IMG/VR virus record: IMGVR_UViG_3300028920_001457
Coordinates: 13,444-77,443 of that record
DNA: 64,000 nucleotides
Source: a virus
Direction: 5' to 3' (one strand)
Each line of letters starts with the position of its first letter. Positions within the stretch are counted from its first letter, which is position 1. A program made the position numbers and the translations under genes. Positions 1 through 9,529 of this stretch are shown here, one piece after another. A model generated the notes under the pieces. The model made no database searches and was not told the DNA's origin. It saw only the letters and a program-made list of their open reading frames with translations.

Positions 1-118
1 GTGCGGTCATTAAATTTAATCTTAAACCAATCCATTATCTGACGTTGGGAAAAATTGAATCCACCTTCAGTATCCCATTCAATAAATTCTTTTTCTATTT
101 TTAACCATTCTGTTTTTT

Positions 119-337
119 TCATTTCTTTGAGTTTAAATAATCGTTAATGTATATTCTTTCTGCCTTTTTATATACATCTCTCTCTGTGTCTCCAATATTA
201 AATAAATGTGAATATTTATTATTATCATATCCGATACTCATTCCTGTTGTCAGTCCATTTGTTTTAGTTACGGAATAAATATGTATTTGACTCCTGCCTC
301 TTTTCCTAAGTTTTTTTAATAGCCTTGTTTTCATCAC
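119..337 (-). CDS. hypothetical phage protein
   Basis: ORF in a tightly packed minus-strand gene run. Confidence 0.6.
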   Translation of the reverse strand: MMKTRLLKKLRKRGRSQIHIYSVTKTNGLTTGMSIGYDNNKYSHLFNIGDTERDVYKKAERIYINDYLNSKK

Positions 338-355
338 TTTAGGTTTATATATTCG

Positions 356-706
356 TCAATCATCACCCTGCATCCGGGAACGTGCCCATTTAGCACCATG
401 TCTTGCTCCATGATTATAGTTATTAAGTAATCTCATATTGATTAATTCAGCTGAACCCTTATAAGCTGTAAATTCAGAAGATTGTATTAAAGAAAATTCC
501 TTCTCTATCTCCTCATCTGTCAGTCCTGCGGGTTCTGCTGGCTTGAGAGTATATTCAATATCGGTATCATTTATTTTGTCCTCGCACCATGTGACTTCAC
601 CATGATGGTTTAAATCCTTAAAATCTTCATCTTGCAATAATTCATCCTTATCAAATCCCAAATTAAGATATATCTTCTTTGGAATATTTTTTATCTGTGC
701 TTTCAT
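356..706 (-). CDS. hypothetical phage protein
   Basis: 116 aa; C-terminal TDEEIEK...GAKWAR motif resembles ORF 1782-2093. Confidence 0.7.
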   Translation of the reverse strand: MKAQIKNIPKKIYLNLGFDKDELLQDEDFKDLNHHGEVTWCEDKINDTDIEYTLKPAEPAGLTDEEIEKEFSLIQSSEFTAYKGSAELINMRLLNNYNHGARHGAKWARSRMQGDD

Positions 707-712
707 TGTGAG

Positions 713-1054
713 TTAGATTTTATATTTAGTTTTCAATAATTTAAGTATATCATCAAATTGCTTCTGTACCCATTTTTCAACTTGGTATTTAACTTCGGTT
801 TCGGTTTCAGCCTCAAAATCCTTACTTACTATTTCAACAAAATCACCTTTGGTATGAAGCAAAATATTACTTGTGGCACTTGGTTTAATATCATTATTGG
901 AATTTGTTTCAATAGATACTTTTCCGCTTTCGTTATGAGTTATTATTCCCATGCCACCTCCACGTGGCCAATACCGAGTACTAATAGTCAATATTTCACC
1001 ATCATAATCCTTTTTGCCCTGACAATCATCTGTCCATTCTGCTGTTGGTTCCAT
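713..1054 (-). CDS. hypothetical phage protein
   Basis: 113 aa ORF, co-directional packing. Confidence 0.7.
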   Translation of the reverse strand: MEPTAEWTDDCQGKKDYDGEILTISTRYWPRGGGMGIITHNESGKVSIETNSNNDIKPSATSNILLHTKGDFVEIVSKDFEAETETEVKYQVEKWVQKQFDDILKLLKTKYKI

Positions 1055-1064
1055 AATACACCTC

Positions 1065-1313
1065 CTATTTATTAGTTTCTTTTTCAGGATATTTTTTCAT
1101 ACCACCATACCACATTCTTTTGCAATTAGAGCAGCCTTCGTTAAGCATATTATCCAGCTCATCAAAAGACATCTCATAACCGCAATAAGGACAGGTACGG
1201 TTAAATACAAATGTTTCGGCATCGTCTTTATAAAGAAATGATGCCATCAGTTTGCCTTCATATCTCACAAACCAGTAATCGTTTGTTCCCTGTGTTATAG
1301 TATATTTTTTCAT
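1065..1313 (-). CDS. small zinc-ribbon protein
   Basis: CPYC...CSNC motif. Confidence 0.6.
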   Translation of the reverse strand: MKKYTITQGTNDYWFVRYEGKLMASFLYKDDAETFVFNRTCPYCGYEMSFDELDNMLNEGCSNCKRMWYGGMKKYPEKETNK

Positions 1314-1585
1314 TTCCCTTTGATTTCAGTTAGCCAGTAGTTGAATATGTCGCTAAATGTCACTTGATTTCCGTCCATATCAAAATATTCATTATCACCA
1401 TATATGTCTGTTCCTGCCTCAAAGTATTCAGAAAAGTCCATTACACACCATTCAGCAAACTCCATATACAGTTCATGGATTTCTTTGGCAAGAGAATTAA
1501 ATTGAGCCTCATGTATTACTATTCCAAACCCAAAGATATTTGATGCATCCGCATATCTGTTTAATATTTCAAGTATCTTTTCCAT
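1310..1585 (-). CDS. hypothetical phage protein
   Basis: stop overlaps the start of the next gene. Confidence 0.65.
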   Translation of the reverse strand: MEKILEILNRYADASNIFGFGIVIHEAQFNSLAKEIHELYMEFAEWCVMDFSEYFEAGTDIYGDNEYFDMDGNQVTFSDIFNYWLTEIKGK

Positions 1586-1587
1586 TG

Positions 1588-1770
1588 TTATTCGGGGTTA
1601 GTGATATTCATACATTGTTTTAATTGATGATATATTGCAAATTGCATTTCATATAATCTTAACGAATGCCATTTGTGGTTTTCATCTAAGCCAGATTCTT
1701 TTAGTATTCTTTTTGCATTTTTTAATGCTATTTCTCTTGCTTTTTGCATTTTTCCATAATCGCTATTCAT
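1588..1770 (-). CDS. hypothetical phage protein
   Basis: 60 aa ORF, packed. Confidence 0.55.
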   Translation of the reverse strand: MNSDYGKMQKAREIALKNAKRILKESGLDENHKWHSLRLYEMQFAIYHQLKQCMNITNPE

Positions 1771-1781
1771 ATCATTATATT

Positions 1782-2093
1782 TTAGTTAGTCTTTATCTTT
1801 CCGTCTCGCATGGCTTTAGGTATCTTATTATCTCTTATGGCAATAGCTCCATGTTTCCAGCCCAGCCAATAGCCCCTTTCAAAATCATTGGCATTATCAG
1901 GTAATATATTATCATTCGCTATTGTTGCCCATTTCTCAATATCTTCATCACTCACTTCATCCTTGTTTTGTGAGGCAAATTCAAGCATGGCTTCAATAAC
2001 TTCATCTCTGTAATAAAATTCACCTTGTTGTATTGGTTCTTTTATGTCGAGATTATCTAATACCTCTTCTGCTCTCTGTCTGTCTGTTTTCAT
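1782..2093 (-). CDS. hypothetical phage protein
   Basis: 103 aa; SDEDIEK...HGAIAIRD motif resembles ORF 356-706. Confidence 0.7.
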   Translation of the reverse strand: MKTDRQRAEEVLDNLDIKEPIQQGEFYYRDEVIEAMLEFASQNKDEVSDEDIEKWATIANDNILPDNANDFERGYWLGWKHGAIAIRDNKIPKAMRDGKIKTN

Positions 2094-2173
2094 ATCTGTA
2101 AGTTTAATTTAATATCCGGTAATATGTGGTAATAATATTTTCACTAATTCCTCTGTCTATAAGGCTATTATCA

Positions 2174-2443
2174 TTAATGTTCGGTAATATCCGGTAAATC
2201 TAAAAGCATCTTTATTTCTAATGGACAATATGGTAACCTTTCCCCCCTTGATATACTGGCAGTATCAAAATCTAAACCAGCATAAGTACACCACTTTCCT
2301 TCCACACCCACATATTTATATTTACAAGAATGACAGTCATGTGGCAAAGGTGATATATCACAACTCGCAATCTTTTTGAATATTTCATCACGCTGTTTCT
2401 TATTATAGCAATGTTCTTTTAATGCTTCTATATATTTCTCCAT
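2174..2443 (-). CDS. hypothetical Cys-rich protein
   Basis: CHSC, WC and YCPL motifs. Confidence 0.6.
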   Translation of the reverse strand: MEKYIEALKEHCYNKKQRDEIFKKIASCDISPLPHDCHSCKYKYVGVEGKWCTYAGLDFDTASISRGERLPYCPLEIKMLLDLPDITEH

Positions 2444-2523
2444 ATCTGTAGGCTTAATTTATTTGTTGTATCTCGCCAATATGGCGAGTATTTGGCGACT
2501 TATAATATTTCCTCATAATAACC

Positions 2524-2883
2524 TTATTGATTAAATAAAACAAACACAGTCAATAGGGCTAACAAAGCAATAATAAAGAATGCTCTGAAGATAAGTTCAG
2601 TAAGTGGTATTCTTTTTCTCTTATCTTTCAATATCCATGGATTTAGCCCCATACCACGCCTTGCAGTTTCATCGCTGACATATTCATTAATAAAATCCAT
2701 GACACGACCAAACCTGAACATAACAGCGAGTATATATATAACGGCAAACACTATCCCCGCAAGAGCATACATATTGTCAGCCCACCAATGATTAACAAAA
2801 CCCTTTATAAGCACTGCAACAAAAAACAGCCATAGGGTTAAATCAACAAAGTCTCTTCTTAAGTAATTAAATAGTTTTTTCAT
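2524..2883 (-). CDS. membrane protein, about 3 TM helices
   Basis: three hydrophobic segments. Confidence 0.7.
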   Translation of the reverse strand: MKKLFNYLRRDFVDLTLWLFFVAVLIKGFVNHWWADNMYALAGIVFAVIYILAVMFRFGRVMDFINEYVSDETARRGMGLNPWILKDKRKRIPLTELIFRAFFIIALLALLTVFVLFNQ

Positions 2884-3089
2884 GTCTCTTGGTCTTTAGC
2901 GGGCTCATGCGTTGTCTTAACAAGCATATAACCCATATTATCTAATTCTTTAGCTATATCAGTTAGTTTTTGATATAGTGTTAAGCGTTCATCGAAGACA
3001 ATTAATCCTCTTTGTAAATTAACACCACGCACCATCCTTAATGCGCATTTGTCCGCAGAATCAAATAATACATCTTTAGTCGTTTCCAT
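2880..3089 (-). CDS. hypothetical phage protein
   Basis: overlaps both neighbouring genes. Confidence 0.6.
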   Translation of the reverse strand: METTKDVLFDSADKCALRMVRGVNLQRGLIVFDERLTLYQKLTDIAKELDNMGYMLVKTTHEPAKDQET

Positions 3090-3828
3090 AAGTTAATTTA
3101 TTAATTTCTTTTTCCAAATATAAAATAGCTCTTTTAAATATGGTAGTATTTTCGCATGAAGCACCTAAAAGTCTATTACAATTATGGCACAAAACACCCC
3201 TGATAACCCCATTGCTATGGTCGTGGTCAATACATGCCCTTTTCTTACCATTCTTAACGGTTATGGGGTTATTGCAAATCAAACATTTATTATTTTGAAT
3301 TTTTAACAACATCTCAAGGTCGTCTTTACTAAGACCATATTGTAGGAGATAGCGAAATTCATCGTTATTTCTTTTCCTTAAACATTTCTTGCACCCACCC
3401 CTATATCCACATTTAGTGTTCTTACATTTATAAAATTCAGAAAGAGGTTTTATTTCGCCACAAATATTACACAGTTTTTTCCCGTCCTTTATCTTAGAGG
3501 ACGCCTCTCTCCTTAGAATAAACTCAGAAAAAGACGAATGTCTCCCACAGTCTCCACAAAAATAATACTGATAATTTCGTTTATAATTACGCTTCCTTAT
3601 ATTAAGACTTCCACAATGTCTGCACTCCAGCCGGTCGGGATTATTCCATCTCTCTTTACTCCTATCAACAGAGCAAAAAAAACGACCACAGCTACGACAT
3701 AAATAACGGCGATCTTCCCCCTGGGGGAGTCCCTTCAAATATGCATTCCTATTCCACCTCCCCTTAGATGTAATATTATTTCCCCCACAATAGGGGCAAG
3801 TTGTTCCTTTTATTATCACTCTCCGCAT
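3076..3828 (-). CDS. endonuclease VII-type HNH nuclease with N-terminal zinc ribbons
   Basis: C-terminal CLIC...IDHDH...RGVLCHNCNRLLG and repeated CxxC ribbons; start moved to ATG 3828 because a promoter and structured leader lie at 3829-3958. Confidence 0.8.
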   Translation of the reverse strand: MRRVIIKGTTCPYCGGNNITSKGRWNRNAYLKGLPQGEDRRYLCRSCGRFFCSVDRSKERWNNPDRLECRHCGSLNIRKRNYKRNYQYYFCGDCGRHSSFSEFILRREASSKIKDGKKLCNICGEIKPLSEFYKCKNTKCGYRGGCKKCLRKRNNDEFRYLLQYGLSKDDLEMLLKIQNNKCLICNNPITVKNGKKRACIDHDHSNGVIRGVLCHNCNRLLGASCENTTIFKRAILYLEKEINKLTYGND

Positions 3829-4206
3829 TGCGATTAATATAAAAGCCCCTCCAACAGACGGCCTATAACTCACATCGCAAGGATAGAATTCACCTATTTT
3901 CGGGGCAATGTTATTTTTAATTGTAAACACGATGTATGTTATAAGCGATACAAAGATAGTCATTTGTTTTGAGTTCGCTTTTTCCATAATGCTTTTTAAT
4001 CTTAATTTCTTGTCAAATGTAAAATGCTTTTTTGACATTTCCAAATATTTTAGCGATTATTTTTACTTTTGGCGGGATTTTTCTACCACCAGTAAACATT
4101 ATACCTTGTATTTTTTAATTTAAGCGTGTTTTTAGCGTGTTTAAGACATTTTCTTGCAAAAGTGGGTGTGTACCCCCACCAAAAGAACAAAGTCCTTTAA
4201 ATCGCT

Positions 4207-4494
4207 TTATTTTGCCTGTTCCTCGATTGTTTTGTCAATATTATCAACCAATGCTTGACAAAACCCCATTATAAACGGATCATTTGTTTGTCTTGATGGG
4301 GAATTTAAAACCACGGTCTTAATGCGCTGCCTAACGCGGTCTAATTCCCTTGCCAATAATAATTCTCGTTGTGTGTGAATTTGGGTTGCATAATCGTCCA
4401 TTATTTTGTGTAATAACGGATCATTTGTTCCACGTATAAAAGCCTTTGCTTTCGATGGATAGTCCTCACAAAACTCTCTTGAATTTTTCATCAT
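4207..4494 (-). CDS. hypothetical phage protein
   Basis: 95 aa ORF. Confidence 0.6.
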   Translation of the reverse strand: MMKNSREFCEDYPSKAKAFIRGTNDPLLHKIMDDYATQIHTQRELLLARELDRVRQRIKTVVLNSPSRQTNDPFIMGFCQALVDNIDKTIEEQAK

Positions 4495-4509
4495 TATAAA
4501 TTTTTATGG

Positions 4510-5004
4510 TTAAACAATACTTTTTAATTTACTTATATATCTTTTGTCGGTTGCATAGGGCAAGTCCTTAAGAAAAGTGTAATAATCCCTTAAATCATGC
4601 CCCTTTTTTATGTAGAAGTCCTGCCATAGCTTATAATCAATTACGCTATTTAGCCAATGGTCATATTTAGCATGGTGTTTATATATTCCCGTTGCTTTTG
4701 TCGGGCGTACCCTCGCATAGCGCATACCAAAACAATTAAACCCCTGTTTGAAAATATCACTACGGAAGTTACCCGTTTCGTGGACTGCTTGGCGAAACGC
4801 TATTTCGGGTGATCTTATTTCCAGGTAATAAATAGCCTCTTTCAAAAGTTCGGGTGAAAATGGTTTGGTGTAAATCTCTTCAAAAAATAAATGCTTTTTA
4901 AGGTTAAATACTCTTTTTTGATTTTCTTGTGTGGATGTCAGCGGGGGGCAACCCGCAAGTAGGGGAAGCCCCGCAAAAGCTATTAATAACAATAGTTTTT
5001 TCAT
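4510..5004 (-). CDS. glucosaminidase-family (GH73/FlgJ-like) peptidoglycan hydrolase with lipoprotein signal
   Basis: QAVHETG, NCFGM and YATD..YISKL motifs; N-terminal MKK-hydrophobic-LAGC lipobox. Confidence 0.8.
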   Translation of the reverse strand: MKKLLLLIAFAGLPLLAGCPPLTSTQENQKRVFNLKKHLFFEEIYTKPFSPELLKEAIYYLEIRSPEIAFRQAVHETGNFRSDIFKQGFNCFGMRYARVRPTKATGIYKHHAKYDHWLNSVIDYKLWQDFYIKKGHDLRDYYTFLKDLPYATDKRYISKLKSIV

Positions 5005-5038
5005 ATTATCCTAATTTTTAATGATTTGCAAAGATAGA

Positions 5039-5224
5039 CTATTCCCACAATAGTTCTTTTAGCTTAAGGATTGTAAGTTTTATTATCTCTTTTGCCGGAT
5101 CATCACAATCTGTTCTTATGTGTGGTATCATTTTTTCAACTTCTCTTTGCACAAGTCCTGTAATTATTTCTGATGCCAGGTTAAGAACGGAATGTTCATC
5201 TGTTTTTAGTTCTGTCTTATTCAT
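5039..5224 (-). CDS. hypothetical phage protein
   Basis: 61 aa ORF. Confidence 0.55.
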   Translation of the reverse strand: MNKTELKTDEHSVLNLASEIITGLVQREVEKMIPHIRTDCDDPAKEIIKLTILKLKELLWE

Positions 5225-5227
5225 GGT

Positions 5228-5422
5228 TTAATCTTTTAGCGGTGAATATTCCTTATATCCATTTGCGATTAATTCATTAATAAAGCCGTTCAGTTTATTT
5301 TTGTTTTTGAACGGTGCAATATCATAAAAATCGCTTCCGTCTTTGTGTTTTTTTATTCCGTTATGATAGCAAACCAGGTATTTTACCTTGCCAACATTGA
5401 ACATTAATCTATATGTTTTCAT
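5228..5422 (-). CDS. hypothetical phage protein
   Basis: 64 aa ORF with A-rich translation initiation region. Confidence 0.65.
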   Translation of the reverse strand: MKTYRLMFNVGKVKYLVCYHNGIKKHKDGSDFYDIAPFKNKNKLNGFINELIANGYKEYSPLKD

Positions 5423-5440
5423 TTTATTAAGTTTTAAAGA

Positions 5441-5752
5441 TTAATAACTATTTACATTTCTTAATTCATTGAGTTCTTTTAAATACCTGTCATAATTTCG
5501 TCTTTTGACTACTTTAAGATTATAGCCTAAAGATTCCAATTCGCTTTTTAAGTCAGCATATTCATTTTCTTTAGCCGGTTTTGCGTTTTTCATACAAGCC
5601 GAATATTCAGCCCCGCCATGTTGACCAATGTGCATATAACTACTGATCCCGCCCGTATAGTCCCATATATCATAAGGGAATAGGGCTATTATTTCGTTGT
5701 CTTCAGGAAATCGCCTAAAGATCACTTCTGTAATAAATTCATCTTTTTTCAT
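5441..5752 (-). CDS. hypothetical phage protein
   Basis: 103 aa; IIALFP...SYMHIGQHG segment. Confidence 0.7.
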   Translation of the reverse strand: MKKDEFITEVIFRRFPEDNEIIALFPYDIWDYTGGISSYMHIGQHGGAEYSACMKNAKPAKENEYADLKSELESLGYNLKVVKRRNYDRYLKELNELRNVNSY

Positions 5753-5770
5753 AATTTCTAATTTTAATAG

Positions 5771-5947
5771 TTAGTCATTTTCTCTTAACCATGCCTGAAA
5801 ATCACCAGGCATAGGATATGTTTTACTTATGACGCCCTCAATTTCAAGAACGAGTTTTCCTTTTTGTTCATATATAGAAAAGTCGGCGCCTAGAGGCTTA
5901 CTGAATTCCAAATAGAATTCCTGTATTAAGTCATTTGTTTTTGTCAT
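5771..5947 (-). CDS. hypothetical phage protein (58 aa, below ORF-track cutoff)
   Basis: MTKTNDLIQEFYLEFSKPLGADF... fills the gap between neighbours. Confidence 0.5.
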   Translation of the reverse strand: MTKTNDLIQEFYLEFSKPLGADFSIYEQKGKLVLEIEGVISKTYPMPGDFQAWLREND

Positions 5948-5958
5948 AAAAATAGTTT

Positions 5959-6150
5959 TTATTCAATAAATTCAATACCTGAATGAGTAAATTCAATACC
6001 TGAATGAGTTTGGCAATCCAAACACCAAGTATCTTCGTCTTCAATTTCCTCTAAATAATCAAGGGAATTTTCATCGGTAAGTAAGTTGTGCCAAATTTTG
6101 GCCTCAACATTTTCACTACCACATTTTTTGCATACAATTTTTGTCTTCAT
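5959..6150 (-). CDS. small zinc-ribbon protein
   Basis: CKKCGS...WCLDC; probable start MKTKIV at 6150; C-terminal THSGIEF is duplicated. Confidence 0.6.
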   Translation of the reverse strand: MKTKIVCKKCGSENVEAKIWHNLLTDENSLDYLEEIEDEDTWCLDCQTHSGIEFTHSGIEFIE

Positions 6151-6190
6151 AATAAAACGCTTTTTAATGGTTAATACTAATTTTATAATT

Positions 6191-6373
6191 TTATTCTTCG
6201 TTTGAATCAATTATTTTAGCTGACTGATAAGCCATTGGCAGGGTTAAATATCCGCGCCGCCTAAAGTTATTCCACATTTTATTTATAGCCTCTTCGCTGT
6301 TTTCCGCAAAGACTATTTCAGTACCTAAATAAGTACCATACTGATATTTGATAGTATATTTTTTCATCTGCAA
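6191..6373 (-). CDS. hypothetical phage protein
   Basis: packed ORF; start may be 6367. Confidence 0.55.
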   Translation of the reverse strand: MQMKKYTIKYQYGTYLGTEIVFAENSEEAINKMWNNFRRRGYLTLPMAYQSAKIIDSNEE

Positions 6374-6795
6374 TATTTGTTAAAAAATTCAAATTCCTTT
6401 TGCATATCTGCCTCAATTTCTTCGTTTGTGGCAATTCCCGCCCCTATTCTATTGGGTAAATCCATTTGTTCACCCCTTAATTCCATGCTTAAAAGCATAT
6501 CATTAAAATAATCATATTCTGCCCTTGTTATTTCAATAAACGAACCGTCTTTAAAATAAAGATTATAGCAAGGTATTTGTTCGGAACACTTTTTTTCGTA
6601 TTCTTCCTGTTCTTTGCCATTCATCCTGTTATATTTCGTTCTGTTAAATTCACAACGGTTTTTAGTTTCCCCTTTGGCGGTTGATCCTTTGGCAATTTGC
6701 AGTTTTATCCACTCTCTTCGGGTCATTATCCCTTCTTCGTACCCTATCAATTTGTTGAGGGTAAATTCTGCTTTTTGTTCTTTGATTGTTTTCAT
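6364..6795 (-). CDS. hypothetical phage protein
   Basis: 143 aa ORF. Confidence 0.7.
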   Translation of the reverse strand: MKTIKEQKAEFTLNKLIGYEEGIMTRREWIKLQIAKGSTAKGETKNRCEFNRTKYNRMNGKEQEEYEKKCSEQIPCYNLYFKDGSFIEITRAEYDYFNDMLLSMELRGEQMDLPNRIGAGIATNEEIEADMQKEFEFFNKYCR

Positions 6796-6823
6796 AACGC
6801 TTTTTAATTAAAGGTTAATATTC

Positions 6824-7006
6824 TTAAAATCTTATGTTCTTTTTGTGTACTCTTATTCTTTCGCCCGGTTTGTGATCCCTGCAAAAGCTTAATAACTCTA
6901 CTAAATATGCATTTTTATCATTTTTTATTATTTCAACTAATGACTTTCGCGGGATCAATAACCCGCTAGGGCTATCATATTCTTTATAGTAATATTGTGC
7001 TATCAT
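6824..7006 (-). CDS. hypothetical phage protein
   Basis: 60 aa ORF. Confidence 0.5.
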   Translation of the reverse strand: MIAQYYYKEYDSPSGLLIPRKSLVEIIKNDKNAYLVELLSFCRDHKPGERIRVHKKNIRF

Positions 7007-7261
7007 TTACTATTTATTCGTTTTATTACCTTAATAGATTTCCTTGCAATGTATTTATTATTTAGGCTTAAGCAAAGTTTACTTATTGCCTGGTTTTTAC
7101 TTTTAGCCGGAATTATCAATACCTGAGAATCCCGCACAAAAGGACTATTAAATTGTAGTTTGTATAACATAACTTAATATTTTAGTCAGTATATTTCTTT
7201 GATAGTGCAATACTACAATACAATATTAATATAACAACTGTCAGTATTATTTGTGTTATTG

Positions 7262-7483
7262 TCATTTGACTTTTTCTATTTCCTCAAATAACATTCTTGC
7301 CGGCTGATTTCTCCCTGGTGTCTCTTTCCAATAACCAAAAGCAAAATAATTGTATTTTGTATTGATTTTCCTTACAACCGGCGGGAGATGTTCTATAATA
7401 AATACCGATCCCGTGGGGACAAAACTATCGTTTGACTTATAGTCAACTAATGTTTTTACTTTGTCATTTACTTTAAATTTCAT
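7262..7483 (-). CDS. hypothetical protein, possibly SH3/KOW-like
   Basis: MKFKVNDKV start. Confidence 0.6.
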   Translation of the reverse strand: MKFKVNDKVKTLVDYKSNDSFVPTGSVFIIEHLPPVVRKINTKYNYFAFGYWKETPGRNQPARMLFEEIEKVK

Positions 7484-7573
7484 TGTTTTTTATTTTTAAG
7501 AGTTATTTTAAGCCGTTTTAAAGCACTTTCGCGGTTTAGTTGATATGTAACCCCGCTAGAGATCAAAAGTCCT

Positions 7574-7867
7574 TTAAATAGTGTTAAATTGATTCAAATC
7601 AGTCAAAATATATTCACCGCTTTTTATCTTTGCCTCAGTCTCTTTTTTTGTTTCATTTAAAAACTGATTACGATATTTACCGGTTGTTACTGAATAATCC
7701 CAGTAACTTTCATCAATCTGAATTTTACCGCTAAGTGGTTTGAATGCTATAATACTATTATAAGACTGAAAATAACATCCCTTGTCTGTAAATAACCTGA
7801 ATTGATTTCTAACAGGATCACCGTTAGTATTTACAAACTGTTCTACTTTACAATTAATTGATTTCAT
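7574..7867 (-). CDS. hypothetical phage protein
   Basis: FQSYNSIIA...WDYSVTTGKYRNQFL segment. Confidence 0.7.
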   Translation of the reverse strand: MKSINCKVEQFVNTNGDPVRNQFRLFTDKGCYFQSYNSIIAFKPLSGKIQIDESYWDYSVTTGKYRNQFLNETKKETEAKIKSGEYILTDLNQFNTI

Positions 7868-8053
7868 AACATTTGATTTTAGGTTAATACTAATTTATTA
7901 ATTCATTTGAGCCGTTGCGGGTAACGATCCCGCCAAAAGCTCCAGAGAACGGCTAATTTCCACTAAAGTTCTAAAAGACAGTTACAATAATACATACTAT
8001 TACCGCACCTATCAAATAGACTTTAATAATTAAGTTAACAATTTTAATACGTT

Positions 8054-8308
8054 TCATAATTTTATGGTTTTATAATGGTTTAAGTTCACTTCAAGCAAAT
8101 CACATTTGTCGCGCCTTGCTTTCATTTCTGCGTTAATAATGGCCCGTTGTTGATTATCTTCCATGAAAGATTCAACGCCGGGATCGGCCAATATCTCACA
8201 ACTCAAACAGTCAATATTATCAGTTAATTGAGCTATTTTAGTCATCTTACCGTTTTTCAATTCATTATAGTTTTTATAAATGCCATAATGATAAGTAACT
8301 GTTTTCAT
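8054..8308 (-). CDS. hypothetical phage protein
   Basis: 84 aa ORF. Confidence 0.6.
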   Translation of the reverse strand: MKTVTYHYGIYKNYNELKNGKMTKIAQLTDNIDCLSCEILADPGVESFMEDNQQRAIINAEMKARRDKCDLLEVNLNHYKTIKL

Positions 8309-8533
8309 ATCTTTAATTTTTTGGTTAATTTACACCCGCATAGTTTTGTAAATACGGGCGCTATCATTATTTACGCGGACTTTAGACCGCCAAAAGACTC
8401 CAAAGAACGGCTAAAGAATAGTAAAAACAACAGCCAGGATGCACGCTAAAGCTAAATACAAATAAACTGCATATTTAACTACATTTAAAAATACTTTTAT
8501 AACTTTCATAGTTTAATAAATTAATGGTTAATA

Positions 8534-8725
8534 TTATAATTTACTCGCATACTTTATTTCTTTTTCAAGTCTTAATAGTGTACGTTCATGCACAAGCCTA
8601 CATTCAAGATTTGATTCCCAACCCTCTTTCAAGGTAGCCCAATAACTTATCCCGTCGTCATCTTCCTTATGAATTTCAACAAGCCTGTCAGAATACTTAC
8701 CCATTAATCTTTGTATTGTCCTCAT
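8534..8725 (-). CDS. hypothetical phage protein
   Basis: 63 aa ORF. Confidence 0.6.
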   Translation of the reverse strand: MRTIQRLMGKYSDRLVEIHKEDDDGISYWATLKEGWESNLECRLVHERTLLRLEKEIKYASKL

Positions 8726-8775
8726 CTCTTTATTTTTTAGTTAATATTAAAACACGCTAAATTAATTATAAAGTG

Positions 8776-8991
8776 CTATTTAATATCAAATAATTGTTGT
8801 AATTCTGGAATTAATCCAGATTCGTCCCCCCATTGGTTAGTCCTGCTATCTTTAAACATCCTGCAGCCTAATATAATCGGGGTTAAGTCTTTATATTTTA
8901 GTGCATGATATACATAGCTCGCTAATGTCCCGGCTTGGTTGCGTGTAAAACCTAATGTCATAATTTTGGTACAGATTTCTACTAGTGTCAT
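8776..8991 (-). CDS. hypothetical phage protein
   Basis: 71 aa ORF, first gene of the small-gene run. Confidence 0.55.
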   Translation of the reverse strand: MTLVEICTKIMTLGFTRNQAGTLASYVYHALKYKDLTPIILGCRMFKDSRTNQWGDESGLIPELQQLFDIK

Positions 8992-9163
8992 ATCCTTGAT
9001 TTTTGGTTAATATTAATGTCTGCTAAAGTAATACTATACTGCAATATTAAAACTAATATTTGAATTGACAATACAAAAAATCAATTATTTTGTTAATAGA
9101 CTGAAATTTAGATTGATTCTAAATAATACCGATTGATTATCAGTACGTTAGCGTAAAAACCCG

Positions 9164-9529
9164 CTAGAGTTCAATATTATACTTCTCAGCAAATAAATAC
9201 AATTCCTTATTGTATGACTCTTCTATTTCTTTGACAATACCAGTAACCTGGTCTGATACATTGTAAAGAGTACGGCCGGCATAAGTCTTGCCAGAATCAA
9301 CAATAAAACCACGCTTAAGCAATACATTGAAATATACTATAATCTTATTATAATCAAAGTATGTAACGAATTTCATTATAGCCGTTTTGGTGAATCCTTC
9401 CTTAATCAACCTACTGTAAACATAACAACCATGTAGCACTAAAGAACAGTTAACAGACAGATTGTATTTAACCTTTAACACCTTCAGTATCCTGAATGAT
9501 AAAAGAATTATATAATGAAATGATTGCAT
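9164..9529 (-). CDS. hypothetical protein, possible winged helix
   Basis: LLKRGFIV...RTLYNVS wing-like pattern. Confidence 0.5.
   Translation of the reverse strand: MQSFHYIILLSFRILKVLKVKYNLSVNCSLVLHGCYVYSRLIKEGFTKTAIMKFVTYFDYNKIIVYFNVLLKRGFIVDSGKTYAGRTLYNVSDQVTGIVKEIEESYNKELYLFAEKYNIEL

Noticed and set aside
5969-6009. Short tandem duplication (21 bp period)
   Set aside because: It is a simple in-frame duplication of THSGIEF with no further structure.
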